From: Eledone cirrhosa
Lineage: Eukaryota
DNA length: 64,000 bases
Direction: 5' to 3'
Assembly: GCA_964016885.1 (NCBI GenBank)
Contig: OZ024741.1
Coordinates: 235,662,001 to 235,726,000 of the forward strand
The notes below the pieces were generated by a model. It ran no database searches, was not told where the DNA came from, and worked only from the letters and a program-made list of their open reading frames with translations. Each line of letters opens with the position of its first letter. Position 1 is the first letter of the stretch. Positions 1-17,935 of this stretch are shown piece by piece. The translations under genes were made by a program, and so were the position numbers.

Positions 1-407
1 GGCTAAAAGAACTGAAACGCTTCTCCTTGGAATGAAGACGGAAGAGATATGCAGTGATGTACATATGGAAAATCCTGGAGGGACTAGCACCAATCTTTGG
101 CATTGAGAGCTGGACCAACCCCCGAACAGGACGTCACTGTGTGGTGCCAAAGCTCCCGTCTTTCACATCTGGAATAAGGAGCAGATATTGAAATAGTCTG
201 GGGTTCAAAGGCCCTCAACTCTTCAACAGGCTGGCAAGAAATTTGAGAGATCTACATGGTGTGGACATGGATGTTTTCAGGAAACATCTTGACACTTTGC
301 TATCCAGAATCCTGGATGAGCCCACAGCACGGTACATAGCTAACCTAAGCGCAGCTGTAACAAACTCCTTCTTACACCAGTGGCCAGCCAACACAGGGTG
401 CAGATAG
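1..407 (+). mobile_element. Decayed 3' end of a CR1-group LINE ORF2
   Basis: Frame from base 3 reads LKELKRFSLE*RRKRYAVMYIWKILEGLAP...GRHCVVP...NSLGFKGPQLFNRL...FRKHLDTLLSRILDEP, typical of the CR1-like RT C-terminus; two internal stops. Confidence 0.7.
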
Positions 408-476
408 AATGTGTAGCAACAAGGGCAGTTCCCCTGGATGGCTTGGAACAGGTAGAAGAGTATGTATATATATATC

Positions 477-518
<42 letters not shown>

Positions 519-520
519 TA

Positions 521-1808
521 GAGGGTGCAGACGATATTTGTTCGCAAGATTACTGTCTAGGAAAAAATAACACAGTAGTTTTATTTTTTAAGATATATTT
601 ATCAAACTTGGGTCAGTTTGTCTTCATGACTTGTTCTTTCGATCTCACTCGATAAACCCACCATTGGCTTTGATGACGGCCTCAAGGCGGCCTCGGATCC
701 GGCTACAGGCCTTCGTCACTGTCACCCCCGACTTGTGATCCTGGCCTTCAGATCATCTTTTGTATTGCAGCTAGATCTGTTGGTATCTCGTTCCACTGCG
801 CTCCACACAAAGAAGTTGAGGGAGTTGCAGTCAGGCGAGGTGGGAGGCCAGATGTGAGGTGAAGTGTGGTTGACGAAGTTCTCTGACAGCCAGGCTTGGG
901 TCTTTCGGCTGGTAGGGCAGGGCGCTGAGTCTTGCTGCCACATGTACGGCCTACCTGCAGCTACCTGGTCGATCCAGGGCTTTACTACCTCGCTCAGAAC
1001 GCGTATGTAGCCATCGGTGTTCAGCTTGAGGCCCTCAGGGAAGAAGTGAGGTGGCATGACGTCACCTTGACTGCTGATGACACCTAAGACCAATGTCGTC
1101 GCTGGAAACTTTGTCTGCATGACTCTGGGCACGTCTTTGGATGAGACAGCGGGCCACCTGTTGTTCTGGGAGTTGATCCTCTGGTCTTGGCAGAAGTTTT
1201 TCTCATCGGAGAAAAACCACAGCATGTCTGGCTCCAGTGAGTGTTTCAACTTCTTGATCAGCTTCTTTGCGTGCTTCAGTCGCTTTTCTTGCATCGCCTT
1301 TGACAGAAATTGTCCTTTCCTCATCTTGTATGAAACGTAGCGAATGTCTTCATGTACCACCAGCCTAATGAGCTTTTCATCCACACCTTTCTCCCTTGCA
1401 ATGGCACGCATCGACTTGCTAGGTTCATTGTTGATGATATCCTGAACTTCAGCGACGAACTTGGGCGTTCTGAAGGCGTCAGATCGTCGATCATGTGTTT
1501 TCCTCTCTGATGTTGCTTCGTAGTCGAATCCTGAATCTTCCAATTCCTTTCTGACCTTTTCCACCATTCTCCTGCTGACACTGAGAAAGTCTGAAATTTC
1601 CTTATTTGTCCTCCCGGCGCGGATGCCAAGGAGAACTCCGTGTCTCTTCCACAAATTTGGAGGTTCAAAATTATTCATAATCAATTATTTTGAAAATTAA
1701 TAATGGAAATATAGTCACTGTTTTTATGAAGACAAGAGTGACAATGGAAGTAAATAAAATTTGCATAAAATTTGCAGTAGAAAATTGCGAACAAATATCG
1801 TCCACACC

Positions 1809-1811
<3 letters not shown>
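521..1811 (-). mobile_element. Tc1/mariner superfamily transposon, maT (DD37D)-type, with both TIRs
   Basis: 27-bp TIRs: GAGGGTGCAGACGATATTTGTTCGCAA at 521-547 and TTGCGAACAAATATCGTCCACACCCTG at 1785-1811 (3 mismatches); flanked by (TA)n; transposase inside. Confidence 0.92.
645..1684 (-). pseudogene. maT-type transposase, probably inactive
   Basis: ORF 722-1684 has an HTH-like N-terminus, FSDEK, QQDSAP and WPPTSPDCNSLN. There are 37 residues between the 2nd D and the 3rd catalytic position, which is N here. The C-terminus (VTKACSRIRGRLEAVIKANGGFIE*) continues in a shifted frame to 645. Confidence 0.85.
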
Positions 1812-1873
<62 letters not shown>

Positions 1874-2361
1874 GTATATATGTATGTATGTATGTATGTG
1901 TATGTATGTATGTATGTATGTGTATATATGTATGTATGTGTATATATATGTGTATATATGTATATATGTATGTATGTGTATATATGTATGTATGTGTATA
2001 TATATGTATGTGTATATATGTATGTATGTATATGTATATATGTATGTATATATATATGTATGTGTATATATATATGTATGTATATGTATATATATATGTA
2101 TGTATATGTATATATATATATGTATGTATATGTATATATATATGTATGTATATGTATATATATATATGTATATGTATATATATATGTATGTATATGTATA
2201 TATATATATGTATATGTATATATATATGTATGTATATGTATGTATGTGTATGTATATGTATATATATATATATATGTATGTATATGTATGTATGTATATA
2301 TATATATATATATGTATGTATATGTATATATATATATGTATGTATATGTATATATATATAT
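1812..2361. repeat. (TA)n/(TATG)n compound microsatellite
   Basis: Direct reading; source of the YIYI ORFs. Confidence 0.98.
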
Positions 2362-2713
2362 CATCATCATCATCATCATCATCATTTCTTTTTACGTCCA
2401 CTTTTTCCCTGCTTGCAAGGGTGGGACAGGAACTGATGCTGGCTTGATTTCTACAGCTGGATGCCCTACCTATCACCAACCTCATTTACAGTGAGTGCTG
2501 GGTGCTTTTTTGCCGTGGCACCTCCACGACCACTTTGCAGTGGAATGATATGGACCCCAGTCCCTATCATCTCATTTCTACAGCTGAGTAAACTGAAGCA
2601 ATGTGAAATAAAGTGTCTTGCTCAAGGAAACAACACATCGCCCGGACTGAGAATTGAACTCACAACCTTTCGATTGCAAGGTCAATGCTCTAACCACTAA
2701 GTCATGTGCCTCC
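2362..2713 (-). mobile_element. tRNA-derived SINE with RTE-type tail
   Basis: Minus strand: A-box-like TGACTTAGTGG, B-box-like GAGTTCAATTC, central CCTTGAGCAAGACACTTTATTTCAC, a GGGCATCCAGCTGTAGAAA motif, an RTE tail and (GAT)n. Confidence 0.85.
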
Positions 2714-2834
2714 ATATGTATGTATATATTTATATGTATATATATATATGTATGTATATGTATATATATATGTATGTATATGTATATATATATGTATGAA
2801 TACATATATATATGTATATACATATATATATATA

Positions 2835-2954
2835 GCTCAGTTCCTGTATGAGCAAGGCATGGTGAGCCGACCAGACACTGCCCACAACAGGACAACCCGT
2901 CTAACCCATGCTAGCGTGGAAGAACGGACGTAAAACGGTGATGATGATGATGAT
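2835..2954 (+). mobile_element. Short RTE 3' tail fragment
   Basis: Reverse complement of 12171-12293; ends CGGACGTAAAACGGT(GAT)n. Confidence 0.75.
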
Positions 2955-3273
2955 ATGTATATATATATATATGTATGAATACATATATATATGTATGTAT
3001 ATGTATATATGTATGTATATGTATATATATATATGTATGTATATGTATATATATATATGTATGTATATGTATATATATATGTATGTATATGTATGTTTAT
3101 GTATATATATATGTATGTATGTATATATATATGTATGTATGTTTATGTATATATATATATGTATGTTTATGTATATATATAGGTATGTGTATGTGTATAT
3201 ATGTATATGTATGTATATATATAAATATGTATATATATGTGTATATGTATATATATATTTATTTGTATATATA

Positions 3274-3715
3274 GCCTTTGGCGGTACTCAGTAACAGAGA
3301 AGACCCGCCTTACCTAAATATATAGTAAAACCTACTCCAGCCAGTAGGCATCTCTAACAAAATACACCCCGTCCCACCACCACCACCCCCACCCGATCCA
3401 CACCACCCCGTTCTATGTAAAGTTATGTTGGTGCCGCGCCATCGAGGCCGAAACAAATGAGATCGTGTAGGTGTCACGACAAAAAAACACACAGTCCACG
3501 CTGTAATGTGGCCGTGTAGGCAACACGGTAAAAACCTCCCAGACCCACACTGTAAATGTGGTTGGTGTTAGGAAGGGCATCCAACTGTAGAAAACTTGCC
3601 AGACAGTCCTATGCGAGCAAGACAATCACTCTTGCCTCAAGTGGGACTACCCCCGTCCAAACCCATGCAAGCGTGGAACACGGACGTTAAACGTTGATGA
3701 TGATGATGATGATGA
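3274..3715 (+). mobile_element. 5'-truncated RTE copy (last codons, 3' UTR, (GAT)n)
   Basis: Near-identical to 6643-7079. Confidence 0.85.
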
Positions 3716-4904
<1,189 letters not shown>

Positions 4905-6686
4905 GCCATCACCGACGCTGATAAGAAGGTAGCTTGGAAGTGTCACTATGAAAGGCTTCTAAATGAGGAGAATAATTGGGAGAAAGGCAGTCTCCCCCAT
5001 ATCGACCCAATAGAGGGACCAGCAGTGTTAGTCGAGGGGAGTATAATAAGTAAGGCAATCAAGGATATGAAGACTGGTAAGGCGGCTGGGCCTTCGGAAA
5101 TAGTTGCTGAGATGCTGAAGGCATCTGGCACGGTGGGACACACCATGGTCACCCGCATAGTTAACCAAGTCGTACAGAACGGGGTTGTTCCGAAGGACTG
5201 GCATAGCAGCATCATCGTTAACTGTTATAAGGGTAAAGGAGACGCCCTAGATAGGAGTAACTATAGAGGCATTAAATTAATCGACCAGGTCATGAAGGTC
5301 ACGGAAAGAGTAATAGCGCAACTAATCAGAGAGAGAATTGACCTAGATGAAATGCAGTTCGGGTTTGTGTCAGGCAAAAGTACCACAGACGCTCTTTTCA
5401 TAGTACGACAACTACAAGAGAAGTACCTAGCTAAAGGTAAACCCCTCTACTTAGCTTTTGTCGACTTGGAGAAAGCCTTCGACAGAGTCCCCCGCTCCAT
5501 TATCTGGTGGGCTCTTAGAAAACTAGGCGTTGACGAATGGCTTGTGAGGGCTATACAAGCCATGTATAAAGAAACAGTCAGCAAGGTTAGAATTAACAAC
5601 GAATATAGTGAAGAGTTTAGCGTAAAAGTCGGCGTCCATCAGGGCTCTGTTCTCAGTCCACTACTATTTATTATTGCCCTTCAGGCTATAACAGAGGAGT
5701 TCAAGACAGGCTGCCCATGGGAACTCCTATACGCAGACGACCTGACACTCATAGCGGAATCAATGGCCGAGCTAGAGAAGAAATTCCAAACATGGAAGCA
5801 CGGCCTAGAGTCAAAAGGACTTAAAATTAACCTGGCTAAGACCAAAGTACTAGTTTGTAGGAAAGAAAACAAGGCGGCGGTCCCTTCTGGGAAATGGTCG
5901 TGCTCGGTGTGTAGGAAAGGCGTAGGTAGAAACTCCATTTTATGTCCTAAATGCAAAGTATGGGTGCATAAAAGATGTAGTGGGATCACAGGTAGGCTAA
6001 CTAAGAACATAGATTTTACATGTGGCCGGTGCTCTGGTGCAATAAGTAGCAGCAAGCGCCCACAAACTACTAGCTCTTTCAATTGCGCAGAGGGTTCTAT
6101 AGAAATAGTGGACAGCTTCCGTTACCTGGGCGATAAAATCAGCAGTGGGGGAGGGTGCTCTGAAAGTACTGTAGCTAGAGTCAGAACTGGTTGGAAAAAG
6201 TTCAGAGAGCTTATACCACTATTAGCTGCTAAAGGGTTCTCACTAAAAATGAAAGGCAGGTTGTACGATGCCTGCATACGAACAGCAATGCTGCATGGCA
6301 GTGAGACCTGGGCATTGTGTGCAGAGGATATACGCAGACTAGAGAGGAACGAAGCTTGCATGCTCCGCTGGATGTGTAACAGTAATATACGTGAACGGCA
6401 AAGCATAAACGAACTAAGGAATAAATTAGAGATAAGAGGGATCAGATGTTGTTTACTCGAGAGAAGGCTACGTTGGTATGGACACGTGATGCGCATGAAA
6501 GTCGATAGCTGTATAACAAAGTGCAGGGCAATAAAGATAGACGGTAGTCACGGAATAGGCAGACCTAGAAAAACCTGGGACGAGCTGATAAACTCCGACA
6601 TCACACACTTACACCTCTCCAAGACAATGTCACTGGACCGAGACCTTTGGCGGTACTCAGTAACAGAGAAGACCCGCCTTACCTAA
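4905..6686 (+). CDS. RTE reverse transcriptase (partial) with embedded PHD-type zinc finger
   Basis: Non-repetitive part of ORF 3717-6686. The C4HC3 pattern CSVC-x10-CPKC-x4-HKRC-x14-CGRC lies at 5901-6032. The N-terminal YI part is microsatellite, so no genuine start codon is present. Confidence 0.85.
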   Translation, partial: AITDADKKVAWKCHYERLLNEENNWEKGSLPHIDPIEGPAVLVEGSIISKAIKDMKTGKAAGPSEIVAEMLKASGTVGHTMVTRIVNQVVQNGVVPKDWHSSIIVNCYKGKGDALDRSNYRGIKLIDQVMKVTERVIAQLIRERIDLDEMQFGFVSGKSTTDALFIVRQLQEKYLAKGKPLYLAFVDLEKAFDRVPRSIIWWALRKLGVDEWLVRAIQAMYKETVSKVRINNEYSEEFSVKVGVHQGSVLSPLLFIIALQAITEEFKTGCPWELLYADDLTLIAESMAELEKKFQTWKHGLESKGLKINLAKTKVLVCRKENKAAVPSGKWSCSVCRKGVGRNSILCPKCKVWVHKRCSGITGRLTKNIDFTCGRCSGAISSSKRPQTTSSFNCAEGSIEIVDSFRYLGDKISSGGGCSESTVARVRTGWKKFRELIPLLAAKGFSLKMKGRLYDACIRTAMLHGSETWALCAEDIRRLERNEACMLRWMCNSNIRERQSINELRNKLEIRGIRCCLLERRLRWYGHVMRMKVDSCITKCRAIKIDGSHGIGRPRKTWDELINSDITHLHLSKTMSLDRDLWRYSVTEKTRLT

Positions 6687-7077
6687 ATATATAGTAAAAC
6701 CTACTCCAGCCAGTAGGCATCTCTAACAAAATACACCCCGTCCCACCACCCCCACCCGATCCACACCACCCCGTTCTATGTAAAGTTATGTTGGTGCCGC
6801 GCCATCGAGGCCGAAACAAATGAGATCGTGTAGGTGTCACGACAAAAAAACACACAGTCCACGCTGTAATGTGGCCGTGTAGGCAACACGGTAAAAACCT
6901 CCCAGACCCACACTGTAAATGTGGTTGGTGTTAGGAAGGGCATCCAACTGTAGAAAACCTGCCAGACAGTCCTATGCGAGCAAGACAATCACTCTTGCCT
7001 CAAGTGGGACTACCCCCGTCCAAACCCATGCAAGCGTGGAACACGGACGTTAAACGTTGATGATGATGATGATGATG

Positions 7078-7079
<2 letters not shown>
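4905..7079 (+). mobile_element. 5'-truncated RTE-clade LINE with uninterrupted RT frame
   Basis: RT motifs [56 protein letters not shown] and RTE C-terminus [12 protein letters not shown]...GRPRKTW; ~390-nt 3' UTR ending in (GAT)n; no APE domain (truncated). Confidence 0.95.
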
Positions 7080-7131
<52 letters not shown>

Positions 7132-7136
7132 GTATA

Positions 7137-7507
7137 TCATCATCATCATCATCATCATCATTTTACGTCCGCTTTTCCCTGCTTGCAAGGGTGGGACGGG
7201 TCTTATTCAGCACAGCATCTCTCCACTCGTCACGGTCCCTCGTCATCTCCACCGTGAGCTTCAATGATCTGAGGTCTGTTCTCACCACCTCCGCCCATGT
7301 TTTTCGTGGTCTACCTCTACTACGTCTTCCTTCAACTGGCATTTCCTGGCACTTCTTCACCCATCGGTCATCCTCCATGCGCATCACATGTCCATACCAC
7401 CTCAGTCTCCTCTCCCGTACACTACATTCTATCCCTCTCAGACACAGTTTCTCTCTCAACACATTTATGCTGGGTCGTTCACGCACATTTACACTGCACA
7501 TCCAATG
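7137..7507 (-). mobile_element. RTE LINE 3' fragment (second family, no long 3' UTR)
   Basis: ORF 7163-7501 [12 protein letters not shown]...GRPRKTW...[13 protein letters not shown] runs directly into (GAT)n. Confidence 0.9.
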
Positions 7508-10985
<3,478 letters not shown>

Positions 10986-11349
10986 TCATCATCATCATCA
11001 TCATTTTACGTCCGCTTTTCCCTGCTTGCAAGGGTGGGACGGGTCTTATTCAGCACAGCATCTCTCCACTCGTCACGGTCCCTCGTCATCTCCACTGTGA
11101 GCTTCAATGATCTGAGGTCTGTTCTCACCACCTCCGCCCATGTTTTTCGTGGTCTACCTCTACTACGTCTTCCTTCAACTGGCATTTCCTGGCACTTCTT
11201 CACCCATCGGTCATCCTCCATGCGCATCACATGTCCATACCACCTCAGTCTCCTCTCCCGTACACTACATTCTATCCCTCTCAGACACAGTTTCTCTCTC
11301 AACACATTTATGCTGGGTCGTTCACGCACATTTACACTGCACATCCAAT
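10986..11349 (-). mobile_element. RTE LINE 3' fragment, duplicate of 7137-7507
   Basis: Identical 112-aa translation and the same 5' truncation point. Confidence 0.9.
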
Positions 11350-11361
11350 GTATATATATGT

Positions 11362-11709
11362 ATCATCATTTTTCATCATCATTTCATTTTACGTCCGCTT
11401 TTCCCTGCTTGCAAGGGTGGGACGGGAACTGATACTGGCTTGATTTCTACAGCTGGATGCCCTTCCTAACACCAACCTCATTTACAGTGAGTGCTGGGTG
11501 CTTTTTTGCCGTGGCACCTACACGACCACTTTGCAGTGGAATGATAAGGACCTCAGTCCCTATCATCTCATTTCTACAGCTGAGTAAACTGGAGCAATGT
11601 GAAATAAAGTGTCTTGCTCAAGGAAACAACACACCACCCGGTCTGAGAATTGAACTCACAACCTTTCGATTGCAAGGCCAATGCTCTAACCACTAAGCCA
11701 TGTGCCTCC
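11362..11709 (-). mobile_element. tRNA-derived SINE, same family as 2362-2713
   Basis: Colinear with 2362-2713; A box TGGCTTAGTGG, B box GAGTTCAATTC, GGTTGGTGTTAGGAAGGGCATCCAGCTGTAGAAA, RTE tail. Confidence 0.85.
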
Positions 11710-11806
<97 letters not shown>

Positions 11807-11814
11807 TATGTATG

Positions 11815-11905
<91 letters not shown>

Positions 11906-11946
11906 GTATATATATATATGTATATATATATATATGTATATATATG

Positions 11947-12170
<224 letters not shown>

Positions 12171-12648
12171 TCATCATCATCATCATCATCACCGTTTTAC
12201 GTCCGTTCTTCCACGCTAGCATGGGTTAGACGGGTTGTCCTGTTGTGGGCAGTGTCTGGTCGGCTGACCATGCCTTGCTCATACAGGAACTGATCTGGCT
12301 TGATTTCTACAGCTGGATGCCCTTCCTAACACCAACCTCATTTACAGTGAGTGCTGGGTGCTTTTTCGTGGCGCCTACACGTCCACTTTACAGTGTGGGC
12401 TGGGTGCTTTTTTGCCGTGGCACCTCCACGACCACCTTGCGGTGGGGGGGGGGGGGCATATTGTTTATATGCTTCAGCATGTACCCATGGGAGGTCGGGT
12501 ACCCTGTATTACTGCGTGACGCCAGAAGTCACGGTCGTGTGTCATTGACTTTGAGAGGTGTAGTTGGGTAAGGTCGGCTTTTATCACCTCATCCCAAGTC
12601 ATCTTGGGTCTCCCCACTCCGCGGTTTCCATCAACTTCTAGTGCTATA
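12171..12648 (-). mobile_element. RTE LINE 3' end (third family) with long 3' UTR
   Basis: ALEVDGNRGVGRPKMTWDEVIKADL...DRDFWRHAVIQGTR, followed by a UTR with the AGGAAGGGCATCC motif and (GAT)n. Confidence 0.85.
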
Positions 12649-12674
12649 TGTATATATATATATATATATATATG

Positions 12675-12874
12675 NNNNNNNNNNNNNNNNNNNNNNNNNN
12701 NNNNNNNNNNNNNNNNNNNNNNNNNNNNNNNNNNNNNNNNNNNNNNNNNNNNNNNNNNNNNNNNNNNNNNNNNNNNNNNNNNNNNNNNNNNNNNNNNNNN
12801 NNNNNNNNNNNNNNNNNNNNNNNNNNNNNNNNNNNNNNNNNNNNNNNNNNNNNNNNNNNNNNNNNNNNNNNNNN
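12675..12874. other. Assembly gap (200 N)
   Basis: Run of N. Confidence 1.
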
Positions 12875-13107
12875 GCAACGGAGAGAGTAAAGCTAAGAAA
12901 CTATAGGGAGGTGTGTAGGATACATACATACATAATACATACACACGACGCTCGGCTTTATAATATTATAGTTAAAGAAAATGTCTTAAATTTTTCTCCA
13001 AGACATAACAATCTGCCTAGTGCTCGTGTCATGATAAAATGTATTCATCAGTAACTCTGTGTGGAAGACCCACCCAACCCTAGCTAGCAATGAAATTAAA
13101 TGATGAT

Positions 13108-13152
<45 letters not shown>

Positions 13153-13470
13153 ATATACTACCAAAAAAATATTTTTGGGGGTTACTTTCCAACATAATCC
13201 ACTTTTTTCAAAACTTTTATGCGACATTTTATTAAATTGGACTGTCAACCCTGGTGTATTACAGGTAACATTACTTGGCGCTTTAGAAAAAAAAATACAT
13301 TAACCCTTTTATTATTGTATTCTAACAAAACAAAACTGCCTAATCAAACATTTGGTTTGAGGCAAAAGTTTACAAAAGCAGAGCAAAATTTGTACTTACT
13401 AATTTGGAACTGGTAGTACATTTAAAATGAAGAAAAATGTATAAATAATGTACAGTTCAATTTTACTTAG

Positions 13471-15591
13471 TGGTACTAATGTAGGAGATATGTGGTCCAA
13501 TTATTGTCAGTAGTAGTAATGTAGGAGATATGTGGTCCAATTATTGTCAGTAGTAGTAATGTAGGAGATATGTGGTCCAATTATTGTCAGTAGTAGTAAT
13601 GTAGGAGATATGTGGTCCAATTATTGTCAGTGGTAGTAATGTAGGAGATATGTGGTCCAATTATTGTCAGTGGTACTAATGTAGGAGATATGTGGTCCAA
13701 TTATTCTCAGTGGTAGTAATGTAGGAGATATGTGGTCCAATTATTGTCAGTGGGAGTAATGTAGGAGATATGTGGTCCAATTATTGTCAGTGGTAGTAAT
13801 GTAGGAGATATGTGGTCCAATTATTGTCAGTGGTAGTAATGTAGGAGATATGTGGTCCAATTATTGTCAGTGGGAGTAATGTAGGAGATATGTGGTCCAA
13901 TTATTGTCAGTGGTAGTAATGTAGGAGATATGTGGTCCAATTATTGTCAGTGGGAGTAATGTAGGAGATATGTGGTCCAATTATTGTCAGTAGTAGTAAT
14001 GTAGGAGATATGTGGTCCAATTATTGTCAGTGGTAGTAATGTAGGAGATATGTGGTCCAATTATTGTCAGTGGTAGTAATGTAGGAGATATGTGGTCCAA
14101 TTATTGTCAGTGGTAGTAATGTAGGAGATATGTGGTCCAATTATTGTCAGTGGTAGTAATGTAGGAGATATGTGGTCCAATTATTGTCAGTGGGAGTAAT
14201 GTAGGAGATATGTGGTCCAATTATTGTCAGTAGTAGTAATGTAGGAGATATGTGGTCCAATTATTGTCAGTGGTAGTAATGTAGGAGATATGTGGTCCAA
14301 TTATTGTCAGTAGTAGTAATGTAGGAGATATGTGGTCCAATTATTGTCAGTGGTACTAATGTAGGAGATATGTGGTCCAATTATTGTCAGTAGTAGTAAT
14401 GTAGGAGATATGTGGTCCAATTATTGTCAGTGGGAGTAATGTAGGAGATATGTGGTCCAATTATTGTCAGTGGGAGTAATGTAGGAGATATGTGGTCCAA
14501 TTATTGTCAGTGGGAGTAATGTAGGAGATATGTGGTCCAATTATTGTCAGTGGTAGTAATGTAGGAGATATGTGGTCCAATTATTGTCAGTAGTAGTAAT
14601 GTAGGAGATATGTGGTCCAATTATTGTCAGTGGGAGTAATGTAGGAGATATGTGGTCCAATTATTGTCAGTGGTAGTAATGTAGGAGATATGTGGTCCAA
14701 TTATTGTCAGTGGTAGTAATGTAGGAGATATGTGGTCCAATTATTGTCAGTGGGAGTAATGTAGGAGATATGTGGTCCAATTATTGTCAGTGGGAGTAAT
14801 GTAGGAGATATGTGGTCCAATTATTGTCAGTGGTAGTAATGTAGGAGATATGTGGTCCAATTATTGTCAGTGGTAGTAATGTAGGAGATATGTGGTCCAA
14901 TTATTGTCAGTAGTAGTAATGTAGGAGATATGTGGTCCAATTATTGTCAGTGGGAGTAATGTAGGAGATATGTGGTCCAATTATTGTCAGTGGGAGTAAT
15001 GTAGGAGATATGTGGTCCAATTATTGTCAGTGGTAGTAATGTAGGAGATATGTGGTCCAATTATTGTCAGTGGTAGTAATGTAGGAGATATGTGGTCCAA
15101 TTATTGTCAGTAGTAGTAATGTAGGAGATATGTGGTCCAATTATTGTCAGTGGGAGTAATGTAGGAGATATGTGGTCCAATTATTGTCAGTGGGAGTAAT
15201 GTAGGAGATATGTGGTCCAATTATTGTCAGTGGTAGTAATGTAGGAGATATGTGGTCCAATTATTGTCAGTAGTAGTAATGTAGGAGATATGTGGTCCAA
15301 TTATTGTCAGTGGGAGTAATGTAGGAGATATGTGGTCCAATTATTGTCAGTGGGAGTAATGTAGGAGATATGTGGTCCAATTATTGTCAGTGGTACTAAT
15401 GTAGGAGATATGTGGTCCAATTATTGTCAGTGGTAGTAATGTAGGAGATATGTGGTCCAATTATTGTCAGTGGTAGTAATGTAGGAGATATGTGGTCCAA
15501 TTATTGTCAGTAGTAGTAATGTAGGAGATATGTGGTCCAATTATTGTCAGTGGGGAGTAATGTAGGAGATATGTGGTCCAATTCTTGTCAG
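13471..15591. repeat. 40-bp minisatellite, 53 copies
   Basis: Unit TGGTAGTAATGTAGGAGATATGTGGTCCAATTATTGTCAG, head-to-tail with no spacers. Confidence 0.98.
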
Positions 15592-15751
15592 GAACTTATT
15601 TTTTCATTTAGAATCTCAAATTAGCATCTACAAATGTATGACAATTAACCGTTTCAATTTAAACTGCCTGAAATCACCTATTGTGGTATTTCAATATTAT
15701 TATTATGGTGCTGTGCCAAAGTAGAAACAATTATTAGTATTATTATGGCAT

Positions 15752-16187
15752 GAGGGCAAGGATTGGCAGAATCGTTTCAGCATCCATTAAAATGCTTTTG
15801 TGGCATTTAGTTATGGTTCTTTATGTCCTAAATTTCCATGGAAGTCAATTTGCTTTTCACCCTTTTGATGTCAATAAAATGAAATACCAGTAATGCACTG
15901 GGTCGATTTAATCAACTTTCCCATCCCCCCAAATTGTTGGCCTTGTGCCTAAATCAGAAACCAATATTATAGGACAGTGGATTGGCAGTATAGATAAAGT
16001 GTCAGACATGTTTTGCCCTTTATGTTCTGAGTTCAAATCCCATCGAGGTTAGCTTTGCCTTTCATCCTTATAAAGCACCAGTAATGCACTGGGGATGTTT
16101 TAATCGACCCACCCACACACACATACACCCTACAAAAACAAAACAAAAAATTGTTGGCATTGTGCCTAAATCAGAAATCATTATTAT
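15752..16187 (+). mobile_element. Two adjacent decayed SINE copies
   Basis: Each has GATTGGCAG, TTTGC(C/T)TTTCA(T/C)CCTT, ACCAGTAATGCACTGG and TTGTGCCTAAATCAGAAA; the same family recurs at ~16940, 18840, 35410, 37950, 52080 and 59865. Confidence 0.75.
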
Positions 16188-16480
16188 TGACCTCTGTTTT
16201 TGTTTGATTCTGCCTCTATGTCTCCTTGTTAAAGGAATGACATAGGGTTCTGTATACTCATAGATATAAAATCTTTATTAACCCTTTTCATAACACATAC
16301 ACGCTTCCATCTAGCAAATTCACACACAAGGTATTGGTCAGTCAGAGGCTATACAAATTATTAGATTTAAGAAAAAATATAAAAGTAAATTATAATAGCT
16401 CATTGTTAGTTAATAACCAATTCATTGTTCTCAACACTAACAATACTTTTAAAGTGTGAGCTCATATATATACACACGCA

Positions 16481-16515
<35 letters not shown>

Positions 16516-17740
16516 GCCTATATGTATATATATATATGTTTATCTTATCTAACTCTTGCTAGCAAGGAAAACTGACAGTAAATGATGATTATATATATGA
16601 GCATGAATACGACTGTACTTTACTGAGAAAAAACTAGAGAGGGTTGGCATCAGGAAGGGCATCCAGCACATGCCAGAGCAACAACAGATTGCTTGATAAG
16701 ATAACTCATATGACAATGTTTCTATAGTCTGATATTGTTTAAAGAGTTACCAATACTATCATCATCACTATTTTACATCTAGTTTCTACACTGGCTTGGC
16801 ATGGTTTGGATGGGTCATCATGTTTTGAGACTAGAAATGTCAGATGACCACATCTTGGTTTCTACAGTTGGATATCTTTCCTAAATATAACTTATGTTAT
16901 ATTTATACTATACTACAGTTACTATTATCTGTATATTGTTTTGAGTTCAAATCTCCTTGAGATCAACTTTGCCTTTCATCCTCCAGTTAAGTACTAATGT
17001 CAATATAATCGACCCCTGCCCTTCAGAAATTACTGGCCTTGTGCCTAAATCAAAATCATTATCTGTATATTGTTTACTGCTGTCCACTTTATTGTTTGAT
17101 CCAGAAGACTCTGTAAAGTGGTTTTTGTTTGGAAAGGCATCCAATTGAAACGATGCCAACAATAAAAGGTATGAATGATACAGCCTCCTTAAGCTTGTCT
17201 AAGATGGCAGTGACAATCTGTCTAACCCAAGCCAGCATGGATAGCAGACAAACTGTCAATGAAAAAGTATGTGACCCTATAATTGATATTGTCAAAATGT
17301 GTGTTATGCTGCAATATTCTTATAACACCTGAAATTGCCTTTATATTGTTTAATCTATATATTGCTAAAACATTGTTATGTGTGTGTGTGACATGTATCA
17401 TCATCATCATCATCATTTTAAGTCCGTTTTTCTCTGCTTGCAAGGGTGTCACTATATTATATATTGTCATATTTATATTATTAAATATAAATACAAATAT
17501 TGTAAAGTGTAGTGCTGGTGTTTCAACAAAAAGCACACAGTTCACCCAATAAGGTGGTAGTACTGATGCCATGACAAAAAGTACCCAGTTCACACTATAA
17601 AATGGTTAGCATTAGGAAGGGCACCCAGCCATAGAAATCAAGCCCAAAACGGAACATGCAAGTAGGACAAAATCACCAAGCCACTCAAGCGTCAATATGT
17701 CAGCTTGTCTAACCCTGCAAGTATGGAAAATAGACATTAA

Positions 17741-17935
17741 CCCTTTAGCATTTGAACCGGCCGTATCAGGCCAGAATTATCTCATCTCTTTCTGTTCAAA
17801 CCAGCTGCTCATACTTATGTTAAGGTATTGTTCTCAAAATAAATATCAAAATATCATAGATTTGATATTATGTGAGATAAAGTGTTTACTGTGAAAATAC
17901 AATAGTAAATATAGAGTAATGAAAATGCTAAAGGG
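17741..17935. mobile_element. piggyBac-type MITE
   Basis: TTAA|CCCTTTAGCATTT ... AAATGCTAAAGGG|TTAA: 13-bp TIRs, CCC/GGG termini, TTAA at 17737-17740 and 17936-17939. Confidence 0.85.

Noticed and set aside
2620-2713. tRNA genes at SINE heads (also 11620-11709, 30790-30858, 40950-41022)
   Set aside because: A/B boxes are present but run into SINE bodies and tails, with no clean cloverleaf end.
13471-15591. CRISPR-like array
   Set aside because: Units are head-to-tail with no unique spacers, there are no cas genes, and the context is eukaryotic.
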